A stretch of DNA of 49,301 nt from Myxococcota bacterium (lineage in GTDB: Bacteria > Myxococcota_C > UBA6777): the NCBI GenBank assembly GCA_023150835.1, contig JAKLKB010000051.1, positions 1 through 49,301 of the forward strand, in the 5' to 3' direction. The position numbers and the translations under genes are program-made. The notes below the pieces were generated by a model, which was given only the letters and a program-made list of their open reading frames with translations, was not told where the DNA came from and did no database searches. Of this stretch, positions 1 to 10,100 are shown piece after piece (within the stretch, counting starts at the first letter, position 1; every line of letters starts with the position of its first letter).

Positions 1-15
1 AAAGCAAACAGTTTC

Positions 16-136
16 TACGAGTTCCGTCCGTGAAGTACGTGAAAAAGTAGGGGCAGACAGGTGTGGCTGCCCAATCACAGGGCGTTTACAACAAATCGCA
101 TCGACACTTTTGGATACGCTTTTGACGGATATTGTA
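16..136 (+). mobile_element. Family B REP/REPIN-like hairpin element (degenerate copy)
   Basis: Begins TACGAGTTCCG, contains GTAGGGGCAGAC..GTGTGGCTGCCCAATCACAGGGCGTTTAC, ends CGGATATTGTA; aligns by eye with the 112-bp copies at 6526 and 6641. Confidence 0.7.
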
Positions 137-141
137 GGAAG

Positions 142-257
142 GATGATCGCAAACGAATGGCATGAGTGGGTCCAAGTGCCCCCTGTGGCTGCCTAAACAC
201 AGGGCGGTTCGCGAACCGCCCCTACATGATGCGATCACACATCTCGTGGATATCGTA
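142..257 (+). mobile_element. Family B element (partial) with an extra GTAG-type REP palindrome at 202-225
   Basis: GATCGCAAACG...CCCCCTGTGGCTGCC...GATCACACATCTCGTGGATATCGTA; 202-225 is the reverse complement of GTAGGGGCGGTTCGCGAACCGCCC. Confidence 0.7.
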
Positions 258-267
258 TCACTCGGCA

Positions 268-1494
268 TCAAATGTTTTCGGATGAGTGGGTGTGATGGCG
301 CAGCCAAGCCTCATAGCCGCCGCGCAAGATCCAGAGGTCGGCTTGGATGTGAGGCCGGATGCGGTGATAGGCGTCGATGGCGCGTTGTCCGCGCTGGCAG
401 TAGAGGACGATCTGCGGTAGGTCGCGCAACAACGGAAGATGCAAAGGCAGATCGTGTTGGAGTTGTGCGAGCGGAAGATGTAGGGCGGAAGGAAGATGCC
501 CTGCGTGGAATTCAGGTTCTGTTCGGACATCGATATAGCGAGAGCGTTCGGACATGGCGGAGAGTTCGGAGAGTTCGCACCAAGGCAGATCGCGATCTGT
601 CGGCGAAGCGTCGGGGGGAAATAGTGTGGTGGCGAGGCACGCGAAAGATTCTTCGTGGAGGGCGGTGTAGGTGGGGTGATCACCACAGATCGGGCACTCG
701 GGATCACGGGGGAGTTGAAGGCGTTGGAAGCGCATCTCAAGGAGATCGATTTGGAAGAAGGAACCCGAAGCAGAAGGCCCGAGATCGAGCAAGTAGCGTA
801 GGGCTTCGTGGGCTTGGAGTGTTCCAAAAAGTCCGGGGACTGTCCCCAAGACGCCTGCTTCTGCGCAGGTTGGGATCTTCGATGGATCGGGCATCTCTGG
901 AAAAAGGCAGCGATAGCATGGGCCGCCTTGTGTTGCGTACAACGCGAGCATCCCGCGAAATCCGCGCACACTTGCGCCGATGTATGGGGTCTTGGTGAGA
1001 ACACAAGCATCGTTGACGAGGTATTTGGTGACGAAGTTGTCCGATCCTTCGAGGATTAGGTCATAGGAACCGATGAGCATCAATGCGTTCGAAAGGTCCA
1101 ATCGTTCGTTGTAATGCGTGAGATGGATCTGCGGATTCAGGGCTTGGAGGCGTTGGTGGGCTTGCTCGGCTTTGGGGCTTCCGCAGGCTTGTGTGTCATA
1201 AAGGATCTGGCGTTGGAGGTTGGTGAGGTCTACTTGATCTGGATCGATGATGCCGATGTGTCCGATGCCTGCGGCTGCGAGATACAACAACGCAGGTGAG
1301 CCAAGACCTCCTGCGCCGACTACCAAAAGGCGCGCTTGTTTGAGGCGTCGTTGTCCTTCGGGTCCGATCTCAGGGAGGATGAGCTGTCGCGCATAACGAA
1401 GCTGCTCTGCCGAAGACAGCGCAGGTGTAGATTCATCCGAAATGACGGATTGATGGGGAGAATGGGATGGATGCGATGGTGTGGGTGTTTTCAC
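268..1494 (-). CDS. moeB: ThiF/MoeB-family sulfur-carrier adenylyltransferase with C-terminal rhodanese domain (MoeZ-type)
   Basis: RYARQLILPEIG, VVGAGGLGSP, DQVDLTNLQRQ, GPCYRCLFP, CAEAGVLG, CPICG; rhodanese IDVRTEPEF/YCQRGQR/LRGGYEAW. Start uncertain (GTG 1494 or ATG 1554); the ORF-track extension to 2055 runs through repeats and thiE. Confidence 0.9.
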   Translation of the reverse strand: MKTPTPSHPSHSPHQSVISDESTPALSSAEQLRYARQLILPEIGPEGQRRLKQARLLVVGAGGLGSPALLYLAAAGIGHIGIIDPDQVDLTNLQRQILYDTQACGSPKAEQAHQRLQALNPQIHLTHYNERLDLSNALMLIGSYDLILEGSDNFVTKYLVNDACVLTKTPYIGASVRGFRGMLALYATQGGPCYRCLFPEMPDPSKIPTCAEAGVLGTVPGLFGTLQAHEALRYLLDLGPSASGSFFQIDLLEMRFQRLQLPRDPECPICGDHPTYTALHEESFACLATTLFPPDASPTDRDLPWCELSELSAMSERSRYIDVRTEPEFHAGHLPSALHLPLAQLQHDLPLHLPLLRDLPQIVLYCQRGQRAIDAYHRIRPHIQADLWILRGGYEAWLRHHTHSSENI

Positions 1495-1495
1495 G

Positions 1496-1562
1496 TTCGC
1501 CTCGATGGGATGGGTTTGTGGGCATTCGCCTCGGTGGGATGGGTCTGTGGGCATTCGCCTCG
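1496..1562. repeat. 29-bp tandem duplication (~2.3 copies)
   Basis: TTCGCCTCGRTGGGATGGGTYTGTGGGCA starts at 1496 and 1525; partial copy at 1554. Confidence 0.9.
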
Positions 1563-1703
1563 GTACGGCGCAGTTTCCAAACCCCCGTGTTCGGGGCACT
1601 TCAAGCGACAGAGTTGTTTGTTTGAAAAACCCTGTTTGTTTCGCCGACACGGGGTCAAGGGGGCAAAGCTCCCTTGTGGGGTTTGGGGCAACGCCCCACA
1701 AAG
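1560..1703 (+). mobile_element. Family A MITE-like element (degenerate ends)
   Basis: AACCCCCGTGTTCG..CACTTCAAGCGACAGAG..GAAAAAC..ACGGGGTCAAGGGGGCAAAGCTCCCTTGTGGGGT..CCCCACAAA closely matches the interior of 46503-46673. Confidence 0.8.
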
Positions 1704-1772
1704 ACAAGCTCAAGCCCCACAAAGACAAGCTCAAGCCCCACAAAGACAAGCTCAAGCCCCACAAAGACAAGC
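1693..1772. repeat. 21-bp tandem repeat (~3.8 copies)
   Basis: GCCCCACAAAGACAAGCTCAA at 1693, 1714, 1735; partial at 1756. Confidence 0.95.
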
Positions 1773-1786
1773 CGAACAAACCGTTG

Positions 1787-2422
1787 CTATCCGACGAATT
1801 CTGAGGCGATCGATCGATCGCGAAACAGCCGAAGCCAGCGTTGAACCCGATCATCGGGGGAGGGAGACTGGAGGACATCCGAGACAACAGCGATGGAATC
1901 GGCTCCTGCGCGCAAGACGTCGGGGGCGCGTTCCAAAGTGATCCCGCCGATGGCAACGAGCGGACAAGGGATCTGCTGTTTCCAGAGGCCGATGCGTTCG
2001 AGTCCTTGGGGAAGCCAGCGCATTTTTTTGAGGGTGGTTTCGTACACAGGGCCAAGCGCGAGATAGTCGGGTTGTGCAGCGAGAGCGGTGTCTAATTCTT
2101 CGGGGCTATGGGTGCTGATGCCGAGTTGGAGGTTGGCGTTGCGGATAGCTGAGAGGTCGGCTTGGGCGAGATCTTCTTGACCGAGGTGCAGCCATGTTGC
2201 GCCAAAGTCGATCGCATCTTGCCAATAATCGTTGATGATCATCTGGGCGTTGTATTGGTGGCCTAGCGTGATGGCGGCTTTGATCTGGCGTTGGCGCTCG
2301 GGAGGCTCGCATCCTTTGAGTCGCAGTTGGATCGTGCGCACCCCAAGCAAGAGCAAACGCTCGATCCATCGGAGATCATCGACGATCGGGTAAAATCCAT
2401 AGATGCCTTGGGTCTTCAACAT
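1787..2422 (-). CDS. thiE: Thiamine-phosphate synthase
   Basis: FYPIVDD, GVRTIQLRLK, IINDYW, HLGQEDL, LGISTHS, YLALGPVYETTLK, LVAIGGI; ATG at 2422; thi operon context. Confidence 0.95.
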   Translation of the reverse strand: MLKTQGIYGFYPIVDDLRWIERLLLLGVRTIQLRLKGCEPPERQRQIKAAITLGHQYNAQMIINDYWQDAIDFGATWLHLGQEDLAQADLSAIRNANLQLGISTHSPEELDTALAAQPDYLALGPVYETTLKKMRWLPQGLERIGLWKQQIPCPLVAIGGITLERAPDVLRAGADSIAVVSDVLQSPSPDDRVQRWLRLFRDRSIASEFVG

Positions 2423-2495
2423 ACAGAGACTCCGTCGTATTTCGGCTAATGACCGAGAACTTCGCTTCCTTGGTTGCGCAGCGAAGGGAGCGGGT

Positions 2496-3287
2496 TTAGG
2501 AGTGATGCCAAAACGGGGTTCCTGTGACGGGTGTGCTGGGTGTGGCGGTCTCTTGGGTGGGCATCGGGCCGGCAAGATAAGCGAGCCGCCCCGCTTCGAT
2601 GGCGAGCGCAAAGGCGCGTGCCATGACGACAGGGTCGATAGCGCGTGCCACAGCGGTGTTGAGCAAGACGGCGTCGTAGCCCATCTCAAGGGCTTGTGTG
2701 GCATGAGAAGGTTTGCCGATACCAGCGTCCACGATCAAGCGGGTGTTGGGATAACGAGCGCGCAAAGTTTTGAGCGCAAAGGGATTGTTGAGTCCTTGGC
2801 CCGAGCCGATCGGTGCGCCCCAAGGCATCAGGACTTTGCATCCTGCTTGGAGTAGGCGCTCCGCAACGACGATATCCTCGGTGGTATAGGGAAAGACCTC
2901 AAAGCCGCGTTGGTTGAGTTCTTCGGCGGCTTCGACAAGCAAGAAGGGATGGGGTTGAAGTGTGTAATCATCGCCGATCACTTCAAGCTTGATCCAAGAA
3001 GTTTCAAAGATCTCACGCGCCATCTCGGCGGTCGTCAGGGCTTCTTTGACGGTCTTGCACCCTGCGGTGTTTGGGAGGATATGCACCCCGAGGGTTTTGA
3101 GGGCGGACCAAAAGCGCTCGCCCGCCCGCTCGGTGGAAGATTCGCGGCGCAAAGAAACGGTGACGACCTCTGCACCAGAGCTTTCGATGGCTTGGCGAAG
3201 GGTTTCAAGTGAAGGATAGCGGGCTGTCCCTAAAAAAAGCCGAGAATGCAAGGTCTTTCCGCCGATCTCCCAAGTTTGTCTTGTCAT
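2496..3287 (-). CDS. thiG: Thiazole synthase
   Basis: [57 protein letters not shown]. Confidence 0.97.
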   Translation of the reverse strand: MTRQTWEIGGKTLHSRLFLGTARYPSLETLRQAIESSGAEVVTVSLRRESSTERAGERFWSALKTLGVHILPNTAGCKTVKEALTTAEMAREIFETSWIKLEVIGDDYTLQPHPFLLVEAAEELNQRGFEVFPYTTEDIVVAERLLQAGCKVLMPWGAPIGSGQGLNNPFALKTLRARYPNTRLIVDAGIGKPSHATQALEMGYDAVLLNTAVARAIDPVVMARAFALAIEAGRLAYLAGPMPTQETATPSTPVTGTPFWHHS

Positions 3288-3335
3288 GGACGGGCAGTGC
3301 TCCTTTCGGATGGAGGGGTTCGTTTGCATTGATCT

Positions 3336-3536
3336 TTAGCCGCCTTGCATGGGAGAGACGATCTCCAAGCGGTCACCTTCGCACAAGAAAGTTTCGGCGT
3401 AGAGGCGTCGTGGAACGAAGGTTTCGTTTCGGGCGACAGCGACGGGCAGACCTTCGTATCCCCATCTTTTGAGCGCCTCAGCAAGCGAAAGATTCGGCTC
3501 GATCTCTTTGTTTTCTCCGTTGACTTCAAGGGTCAT
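3336..3536 (-). CDS. thiS: Sulfur carrier protein ThiS
   Basis: 66 aa, MTLEVNGE...AVARNETFVPR...GDRLEIVSPMQGG with C-terminal GG. Confidence 0.95.
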   Translation of the reverse strand: MTLEVNGENKEIEPNLSLAEALKRWGYEGLPVAVARNETFVPRRLYAETFLCEGDRLEIVSPMQGG

Positions 3537-3589
3537 GGTTGCGCCTTTTTTGTGTGAAGGGGATGGGCTTGGTGGGTAGGTTCGATGGA

Positions 3590-4675
3590 TCAGGCGGATG
3601 CTTGGGGGCGATGCAGTCGATGAGCGTCTTCGGGCCATGTTTGGTGCTGGACGAAGTGCGTGGCGGTTTTGGCGAGGTAAGGTGCGAGCAGATAACCGTG
3701 TCGCGTGAGTCCGTTGAGGTGGAGTGTGTGGCCTTGTTGTCGGATCGCGGGGAGGTGTTCGGGGAGGGTGGGTCGGAGATGAACGCGGGTTTCGATGATC
3801 TCGGCTTCTGCGAAGGCGGGATGGAGAGAGTACGCTGCGGAGAGCATCTCAAGTGCCGACTTGACGGTGGTTTTGCGCATCGACTCACTTTCTACGGCGG
3901 TGGCTCCGATAAAGAAATGGTGGTCGGGGCGGGGGACGATGTACAACGGATAACGCGGGTGAACCATGCGGATGGGACGGCGAAGTTGGACATCAGGAGC
4001 GCGCAACAGCATCACTTCACCGCGCACACCTCGGATGTGTGGGAAGATATCGCGGGCAGCCAGTCCTCGGCAATCAAGCACCCATTCAAATTCTTGCCAT
4101 TCTGCGTGGACGCGGAGTTTGCCGTCTTGGATCTCTTCGACGGGGGTTTGAAACCGCAAGATCGCGCCTTCGCTGCGGAGAGTTTGGACGAGAGCGGGCA
4201 GCAACATACGCGGATCGACTTCACCTTCAGGAGAAAAGAACAGCCCTTCGGCAAAGCGGCCTTCGAGTTCGGGTTCGAGATCGCGCAAGGTTTGGCGTGA
4301 AAGCACACGCATCGAATGTTCAAAGCCGAGATGCTTGACGCGCTCTGCGAGGTGTTGAAGACCTGTGCGATCTTGGTGGTGGGCGATCACAAGGGTTCCT
4401 TCAAAGCTCGAATGGACGGGGGCTTTGAGCGTCGGCAAGATCGATTGCCACACGGCAAGAGCTTGTGCGCCCCATGAGGCGGCTTCGGGTTCCGCTTCGT
4501 TGAGTTCGCAAAAGGGAGCGATCATGCCGGCGGCTACGCTGCTACAATGGTGATCGAGACGCTCATTTTCGCGCTCGAAAAGGGTGACTTGGTGGCCTGT
4601 GCGCTGCAACAAGAGGGCTTGGATTAGCCCCAATACACCGGCTCCAACGACTGCGACTTGGTTTTGTTTGGTCAT
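3590..4675 (-). CDS. thiO: Glycine oxidase (FAD-dependent)
   Basis: VAVVGAGVLG, SSVAAGMIAP, RGVRGE, HPRYPLYIVPR, IGAT, LRP, NGLTRHGYLLAP; first gene of thi operon. Confidence 0.92.
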   Translation of the reverse strand: MTKQNQVAVVGAGVLGLIQALLLQRTGHQVTLFERENERLDHHCSSVAAGMIAPFCELNEAEPEAASWGAQALAVWQSILPTLKAPVHSSFEGTLVIAHHQDRTGLQHLAERVKHLGFEHSMRVLSRQTLRDLEPELEGRFAEGLFFSPEGEVDPRMLLPALVQTLRSEGAILRFQTPVEEIQDGKLRVHAEWQEFEWVLDCRGLAARDIFPHIRGVRGEVMLLRAPDVQLRRPIRMVHPRYPLYIVPRPDHHFFIGATAVESESMRKTTVKSALEMLSAAYSLHPAFAEAEIIETRVHLRPTLPEHLPAIRQQGHTLHLNGLTRHGYLLAPYLAKTATHFVQHQTWPEDAHRLHRPQASA

Positions 4676-4742
4676 CCCAAACCCCTGTAATTTTGGAGGG
4701 TAGATGAGGCGGGGCGCAATGCTCCCGTCTGTGGGGTGGTTA

Positions 4743-4772
4743 GGTATAGTGAGAAGGTAGGGGAGGTGTCAA
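4743..4772 (-). promoter_or_regulatory. Possible sigma70-type promoter for thi operon
   Basis: Minus-strand TTGACA (4772-4767), 18-nt spacer, TATACC (4748-4743), ~70 nt upstream of thiO; -10 imperfect. Confidence 0.3.
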
Positions 4773-4826
4773 GAGGATCTCGGCTTGTCCGAGTATGTGT
4801 GTGGAAATGCGCTGCAAAGGGGATGG

Positions 4827-4940
4827 TACGATGTCCGAGAGATGTGTACACAAAGGCGTCGTGCGTAAACGCCCGATTCTTGGGCAGCTACGGGGGGCTG
4901 CCTCTACACTTTTACGATCACGCAACGGGCGGATCTTGTA
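4827..4940 (-). mobile_element. Family B REP/REPIN-like element
   Basis: Reverse complement reads TACAAGATCCGCCCGTTGCGTGATCGTAAAAGTGTAGAGGCAGCCCCCCGTAGCTGCCC...CGGACATCGTA. Confidence 0.85.
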
Positions 4941-4981
4941 TGACAGGCCATCGGCTCGCGAAGCGCATGAGCAGTTTGTTG

Positions 4982-5063
4982 CGAAGGCTCGGGTTGCAAA
5001 GGCGGCTACGAAGGCTCGGGTTGCAAAGGCGGCTACGAAGGCTCGGGTTGCAAAGGCGGCTAC
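4982..5063. repeat. 27-bp tandem repeat (3 copies) overlapping the stop codon of the Cys-rich lipoprotein gene
   Basis: CGAAGGCTCGGGTTGCAAAGGCGGCTA at 4982, 5009, 5036. Confidence 0.95.
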
Positions 5064-5551
5064 AGACAATTGGCTCCAGTGCAAGTTTTTTCGCAGGATT
5101 TGTTGGTGGCTTTGCAGACTTGGGTACATCCGCCGCCTGAGCAGTTCATCTTGCAAGTGGCGGTGTCTTCGCAGCGTTGCTCGCACTTTCCGCCCGAACA
5201 GTCGAAATTGCAGTCCGAAGAGCCTGCGCAGATCATCTGACATCCGCCACCTTCGCAGGTTGCGTTGCAAGCGCCAGACTTGGAGCAAGAGGGGCATTTG
5301 CCTGTGATGCAGGTTGGTGTGCAAGAATGAGCCGAGCAAACGTTCGATGGATCGGGTTCGGTGGTGATATCGGGGATGATTTGTTCTTGCGAAGCGTCAG
5401 CTTGCGTGTTGTTTTCGCTGTTGGTGGGGGGGGTGCATCCAACAGGCATCCAAAGAACCAGCCCCAAAAAGGCGACAAAGAAAACGGAAAGCACGCTGTA
5501 TCGGGCGTATGGGCGAGAAGAAAAAGAGAGCGTGTTCAAGGCGACCTCCAT
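5060..5551 (-). CDS. Cys-rich repeat lipoprotein (hypothetical)
   Basis: Hydrophobic segment ending MPVGC, polar linker, then 20 Cys in ~19-aa Cx3CxGGxCx3Cx5 repeats; start uncertain. Confidence 0.75.
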   Translation of the reverse strand: MEVALNTLSFSSRPYARYSVLSVFFVAFLGLVLWMPVGCTPPTNSENNTQADASQEQIIPDITTEPDPSNVCSAHSCTPTCITGKCPSCSKSGACNATCEGGGCQMICAGSSDCNFDCSGGKCEQRCEDTATCKMNCSGGGCTQVCKATNKSCEKTCTGANCL

Positions 5552-5874
5552 CGTGTCGGTGTGTGGGTGGATATCAAGGCGATTTCTTGTTTGGGGATTC
5601 TGTCTGCGATCATCGTGGTGGATAAGGGGCGAAGCCTTCCACTTCGTCTTCGTGGATTCTTCCGCCTCCCATGTGTTGTGAGGCGGTGCTGCGGTGCAAA
5701 AAACCATTTGGGAACAAAGATGCGGGGTAGGCGAAGGGTAGGCGCGGGGAGCCTTTTTTGTCAAGAGGCTTTGTGGGAGGAGGAGGTCGCTTGCGCGTTG
5801 GTGGGTTGTTCGGCGGGTGGGGGTGGTTTTGCGAGCAGACAGGTGGGCGAAGCTGAGCGTCTGAGCGGAAGGGT

Positions 5875-6315
5875 TTACAAAGAGCTGGGGGTGGTTTGGT
5901 GGAGCCATTTTTGGGAGAGATGGGCTTCGTTGTACTCTTGCTCTTGGAGAGTGTCCAACGCGGCCCTGCCGCGATGGAGAGAGAACCAGACAGCCAAGCG
6001 AAACGCAACAAGAAACCAACTCAACGTCAACAAAGCCAAACCGAGAAGAGCGATCTGGATGTAGATACACAAGCTAAAAAGCGTTTTTTGCGTTGAGTTT
6101 TTTTGCACCGTGAAGAGAAACAACGCAAAGAGAAAGGCCGAGCTTGTGATGGGGAAAAGAGCTTCTTGGATCTTGAGAGTGTTGGTGTATAGGGAGGCAC
6201 CGTAGAATAGGCCGATAAGGAGGTGCAGCCAAGCCAATGCCCGAAGATCGCGTAAGGCGGTGTTGAAGTGTTTTTGTGCAGTTTCGAGGGGGATTTGGGT
6301 TTGGAGCGATTTCAT
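5875..6315 (-). CDS. Small multi-pass membrane protein (hypothetical)
   Basis: AGGAG RBS before ATG 6315; three to four hydrophobic segments. Confidence 0.65.
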   Translation of the reverse strand: MKSLQTQIPLETAQKHFNTALRDLRALAWLHLLIGLFYGASLYTNTLKIQEALFPITSSAFLFALFLFTVQKNSTQKTLFSLCIYIQIALLGLALLTLSWFLVAFRLAVWFSLHRGRAALDTLQEQEYNEAHLSQKWLHQTTPSSL

Positions 6316-6525
6316 CGACATCTCCTGCTTTTTGGGGGTGAGTGTTGCCGCTGTTTTGTTGCGAGCGGTTGGCGAGGAGAACAAGAAGCGTGCTTCTTTT
6401 TCGAGATCTTGTATGTAGTTGATCACAAAGGGATATGCTGTTGTGTGCCATCTTGTGAACAGGGAGAGGTGTCCAGAAGACGGACGATCCATGAGGAAGC
6501 AGTTGTTTGGGAAGTGGACGCGTGA

Positions 6526-6637
6526 TACGCAATCCGCCCGTTGTGTGATCGCAAAACGTAGGGGCAGCCCCCTGTGTCTGCCCAATCATCGGGCATCTAC
6601 GCACGATCCTTCGATCACACATCTTGCGGATATCGTA
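6526..6637 (+). mobile_element. Family B REP/REPIN-like element, 112 bp (reference copy)
   Basis: Nested inverted repeats TACGCAATCCGC/GCGGATATCGTA, TGTGTGATCG/CGATCACACA, CGTAG/CTACG, and GTAG-REP core GGGCAG...CTGCCC. Confidence 0.9.
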
Positions 6638-6640
6638 TGA

Positions 6641-6752
6641 TACGCAATCCGCCCGTTGTGTGATCGCAAAGCGTAGGGGCAGACCCCTGTGTCTGTCCAA
6701 TCATCGGGCGTCTACGTACTCTCCTTTGTGTACACATCGCTCGGATATCGTA
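6641..6752 (+). mobile_element. Family B element, tandem second copy, 112 bp
   Basis: First ~75 nt nearly identical to the 6526 copy; ends TCGGATATCGTA. Confidence 0.9.
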
Positions 6753-6797
6753 CGAGACTCCACGAAGGAGGCGGCGGGAAAGGATACAGGAGGGGGA

Positions 6798-7180
6798 TTA
6801 GCGGGTGCAGCCTGTTTGGAAGTTCGATTTGGAGCCGACTTCGCCATCGCGGCCACCGACGGGTTTGTTGGCAAAGATATCGCGGATCTTGATGCAGCGT
6901 TTGCCGGTGGGGTCGTCGACGAGGAAGCCTCGGAAGGTGACGGGGAACTCTTCGGTGCCGGTCCATCGGCCTTCATCGGAGTTTGTGCCGATGGTGTATT
7001 TGTAGTTGAGCTTGTAGCCTTTGGGTAGTCCGAGCGTGAAGGTATAGATGTTGGGGTTCGATGGATCGGGGGTCATGCGGATCTTGTTGGGAACCCAAAC
7101 AGGCTTGCCTTGGGCATCGACGCCGACCATGCCGAGTTTACGGTGGTTTCCGACGATGTAGGCATCGGCGGGACTTGTTT
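6798..7180 (-). CDS. Frameshifted C-terminal CBM20-like/starch-binding-type module of the GH57 protein
   Basis: SPADAYIVGNHRKLG..WVPNKIRM..YTFTL..YKYTIG..WTGTEEFP continues the FVTFEVDVS strand of the GH57 ORF in the +1 frame and parallels a domain in 13047-14618; no convincing own start. Confidence 0.7.
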
Positions 7181-10100
7181 TTGGGTTGCTCTTTGCAGCA
7201 GGTCTTGTATTTGTCGAGAGGTTCTTCGGTGCCCGATACATCGACCTCAAAGGTGACAAAGACAGCATCGGACGCATCTTCAAAGACGGTGAAGGTGCCG
7301 AAGTTGGGGGCGACATCGATCTCTTTTCCGCCTTCTTCGGCGATCACCATGACTTCGAGCGGATCGTATTCGCCGGCTTTGACGCTGAGGTTGAGGTCGG
7401 TCCAAGGAACACTCATCTCGATCAGTTTTTGGCCTGTTGCGGGTCCACCAAGAACAACGCCGTTGGTGGCGACGTCGCTCCATCCGCCGCTTCCGTTGGC
7501 GGTTTGCATGGTGGCTTTGACTTGCGTTCCGCTAAAGTCGAGGATCAGTCGGCGTGCGGCTCCACCTGTTCGCATGGGAAGAACCGTTCCTGCGGGGGTT
7601 TTGTCATTTTTGGCGTCGTCTTTGACTTGGCCGGTGGTGCGGTTGAGGATGTTGCGGTGGCTAAAGTAGATGATCAGTTTGTAGTTTTTGCCGAGTTTGT
7701 CGGAGAGGATCTCGCTCGATAGGATGCCGAGATAGAGTTTGTTGAGATCGAAGGCGATAAAAACGGAGTCGATATCGTCGTTGGGATCGGGGATATCGCC
7801 AGCGGAGTCGGGGTCTTTGATAAAGCCGCCGTCATCGGTCCATTCGGCGGTTCCGCGTGTAAACTGTCCGTCGATCGTGGGGCAAGCGGTGCAGGGGCTA
7901 TCGGGGACGGGCTTGGGCTTGGGTTGCACGCAAGGACGGAAGCTTGGGATGGTGAGGGTTGCGCCGGCTTTGTTGGCGAAACGGTAGGCAGCAGTGAGCA
8001 GGGCGCGAAAGACGTTGTCAAAGCCGCTGTCGTCGTTGGCGGGGGTGGTCATGTCGTCGCCAAACCACCAGAACCAGTCGGAACCTTCGGCAGCATAGAT
8101 CGATTCCCAAGCCATATAAGCGTTGTACGCGGGGCTGCTTTCGGGGGGAGTGGGAGACGCGGGGTTCGGGCGCGGGATACCGGCACGATCGAGGTCTTGG
8201 CGAGCGCGCAACAAGTGATTCCAGCCGCAGGTCTCTTCGTCTTCGCCGATCCAGACGCGGAACGTCCCGTCGATCCATGATCCTGCGTTGAGCGGTTCGA
8301 GTTCTTGGAGGTCTTTGACGGGGTGTGCGGGGATGCCGCGATCGGGGTTTCCGTCGATGTATTCGGAGGGTGTGACGCCGATGATATCGCCGCGTTTGAA
8401 GGAGTCTTGGAGTTTCCCATAGAAGGCATTGAAGAAGTCTTTGGCGTCATAATCGATCGTGAAGTTTTCCCACGCATTTTCACCATCAAGGATGATGGTG
8501 AGGAGGCGATCTTTTGCGCCGAAGGGTGGGGCATTTGCGGCGATGGCTTCGATCAAGCGGGTGGCGGCGGTTTCGCCTGCGAGTCCTTGGATGCCAAAGC
8601 CGATCAGGTCGGAGATCTTGTTGTCGCGGAACACGATCATCAGCTCGTCTTTGCTGGTGCCGACTTGGGTATCGCTATCGACGCGATAGGGATAAAACAG
8701 GGCTTGGTTTTCGGGCTTGGAGCGGCGGAGGTTGTCTTCGCCTGTGGCGATCCAACGGACGTTGTTTTGGATGTAGTGGATGTTGGTTTCTTCGGCGACA
8801 GAGCCTTCTCCCGGCCACATCCCTTGGGGATCGATCCCAAAGAGGGTGCGGTAGTAATAGCGGGCTTTTGCGACTTGTGCAAAGGCGTCTTGGGGATATT
8901 GGAAGGGTTGAGGGGGAAGTTTGATATCGTCCACAAAGGAGGTTTTTTTGGCGAGATCGGTGTCGTGGATCAGCGGAAGGATCGGGTGATAGAATGGCGT
9001 GGTAATGACCTCGATCTGGCCTTTTTTGGTGAGGGGGTTGTACTGGAGTTTTTTGTGGATGCCGACGACGTTCTTCATAATCTTGTAGCTTTCGGCGACC
9101 ATCCGATTGCACAGATCTTCGGTGATGGGGACTTTGATGTACTTTCGGCCATCGGCGCGTTGTTCGACGACGTCGGAAAGATCGACGGTATCGCCATCGG
9201 GGAGTTTGACGGGGCCTTTGGTAAAGTCAGGATCCATCCATGCGATCTCGAAGAAGAACTTGAGTTTGAGCAGATCTTCTTTGGTGTATTGTTGTCGGTT
9301 TTTGTCGCGCAGTGCTTCGTACTCAGGCCAGAAACGCATGACTTGGGGGGAGGTGGAGACGGTCGCCCAAGGATCATCGTAAAAGTGGCCTCGGATCTTG
9401 GTGGACATGGTGGCGGGTTCGGGGGTCGGAGAAAGCAAGAGATCGACCCAAGGATCGGTTTTTCCGCGCCAGTCTTTCAAGAATTCTGCGGCTTTGATGC
9501 GATTGGTGGCCTTGTCGTAGTAGGGGCCAAGTCGATCGATATAGAGTTGAAGTTGGATCAGCATTACCGCTGTTAGGTTGATGGTGAGGTGAACATCAGG
9601 ATATTTTTCAAGGACACCCGCCATATCATAGTAAGATTTAGTCGCGTGTTTGCGGACCCAAGGGCCTTGCATCTCGTCTTTGAGCGGATCGACGTACATG
9701 GGCTGGTGTTGGTGCCAGATCAGGTTGACATAAAGGCGGCTTTTGATCTCGGAAGTTCGGGCGTCGGCTTCGAGTTCTTGGTTGTTGATGTCTTTGACGT
9801 TATCGACGCGGACGGTGTAGAGGCGGTTTGGATCGATAGGCTTGCTTGCATCGAGGGTAAGTTGGACAAAGAAGCCGTCCACTTTGGCCGCAGTAATCGG
9901 CAAGATCGGGGTGGTGCGAAAGTTTGCGATGACGGCGCCTGTGGTGGGATCAACTTTGTTATTGAAACGAAGTGTGACGGCGCTTCCGCCGCTGCTTCCG
10001 CCGCTGAAAGCAGAGAGCAAGCGAAAGGGTTCTGGGCCGAGAGGCTCGGGGATGATCGATTCAGTTTGTCCCTGTTCGTTGTTGGTTTGTTCGGGTGTGA

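Noticed and set aside
1555-2055. N-terminal ~170-aa extension of the MoeB ORF (LWGLSLS repeats)
   Set aside because: It translates thiE overlap, a 21-bp repeat and a Family A element; homology starts near 1430
6074-6700. ORFs beginning MDRHRGLPLRF / MGRHRGLPLRF
   Set aside because: Translations of the tandem Family B elements, not proteins
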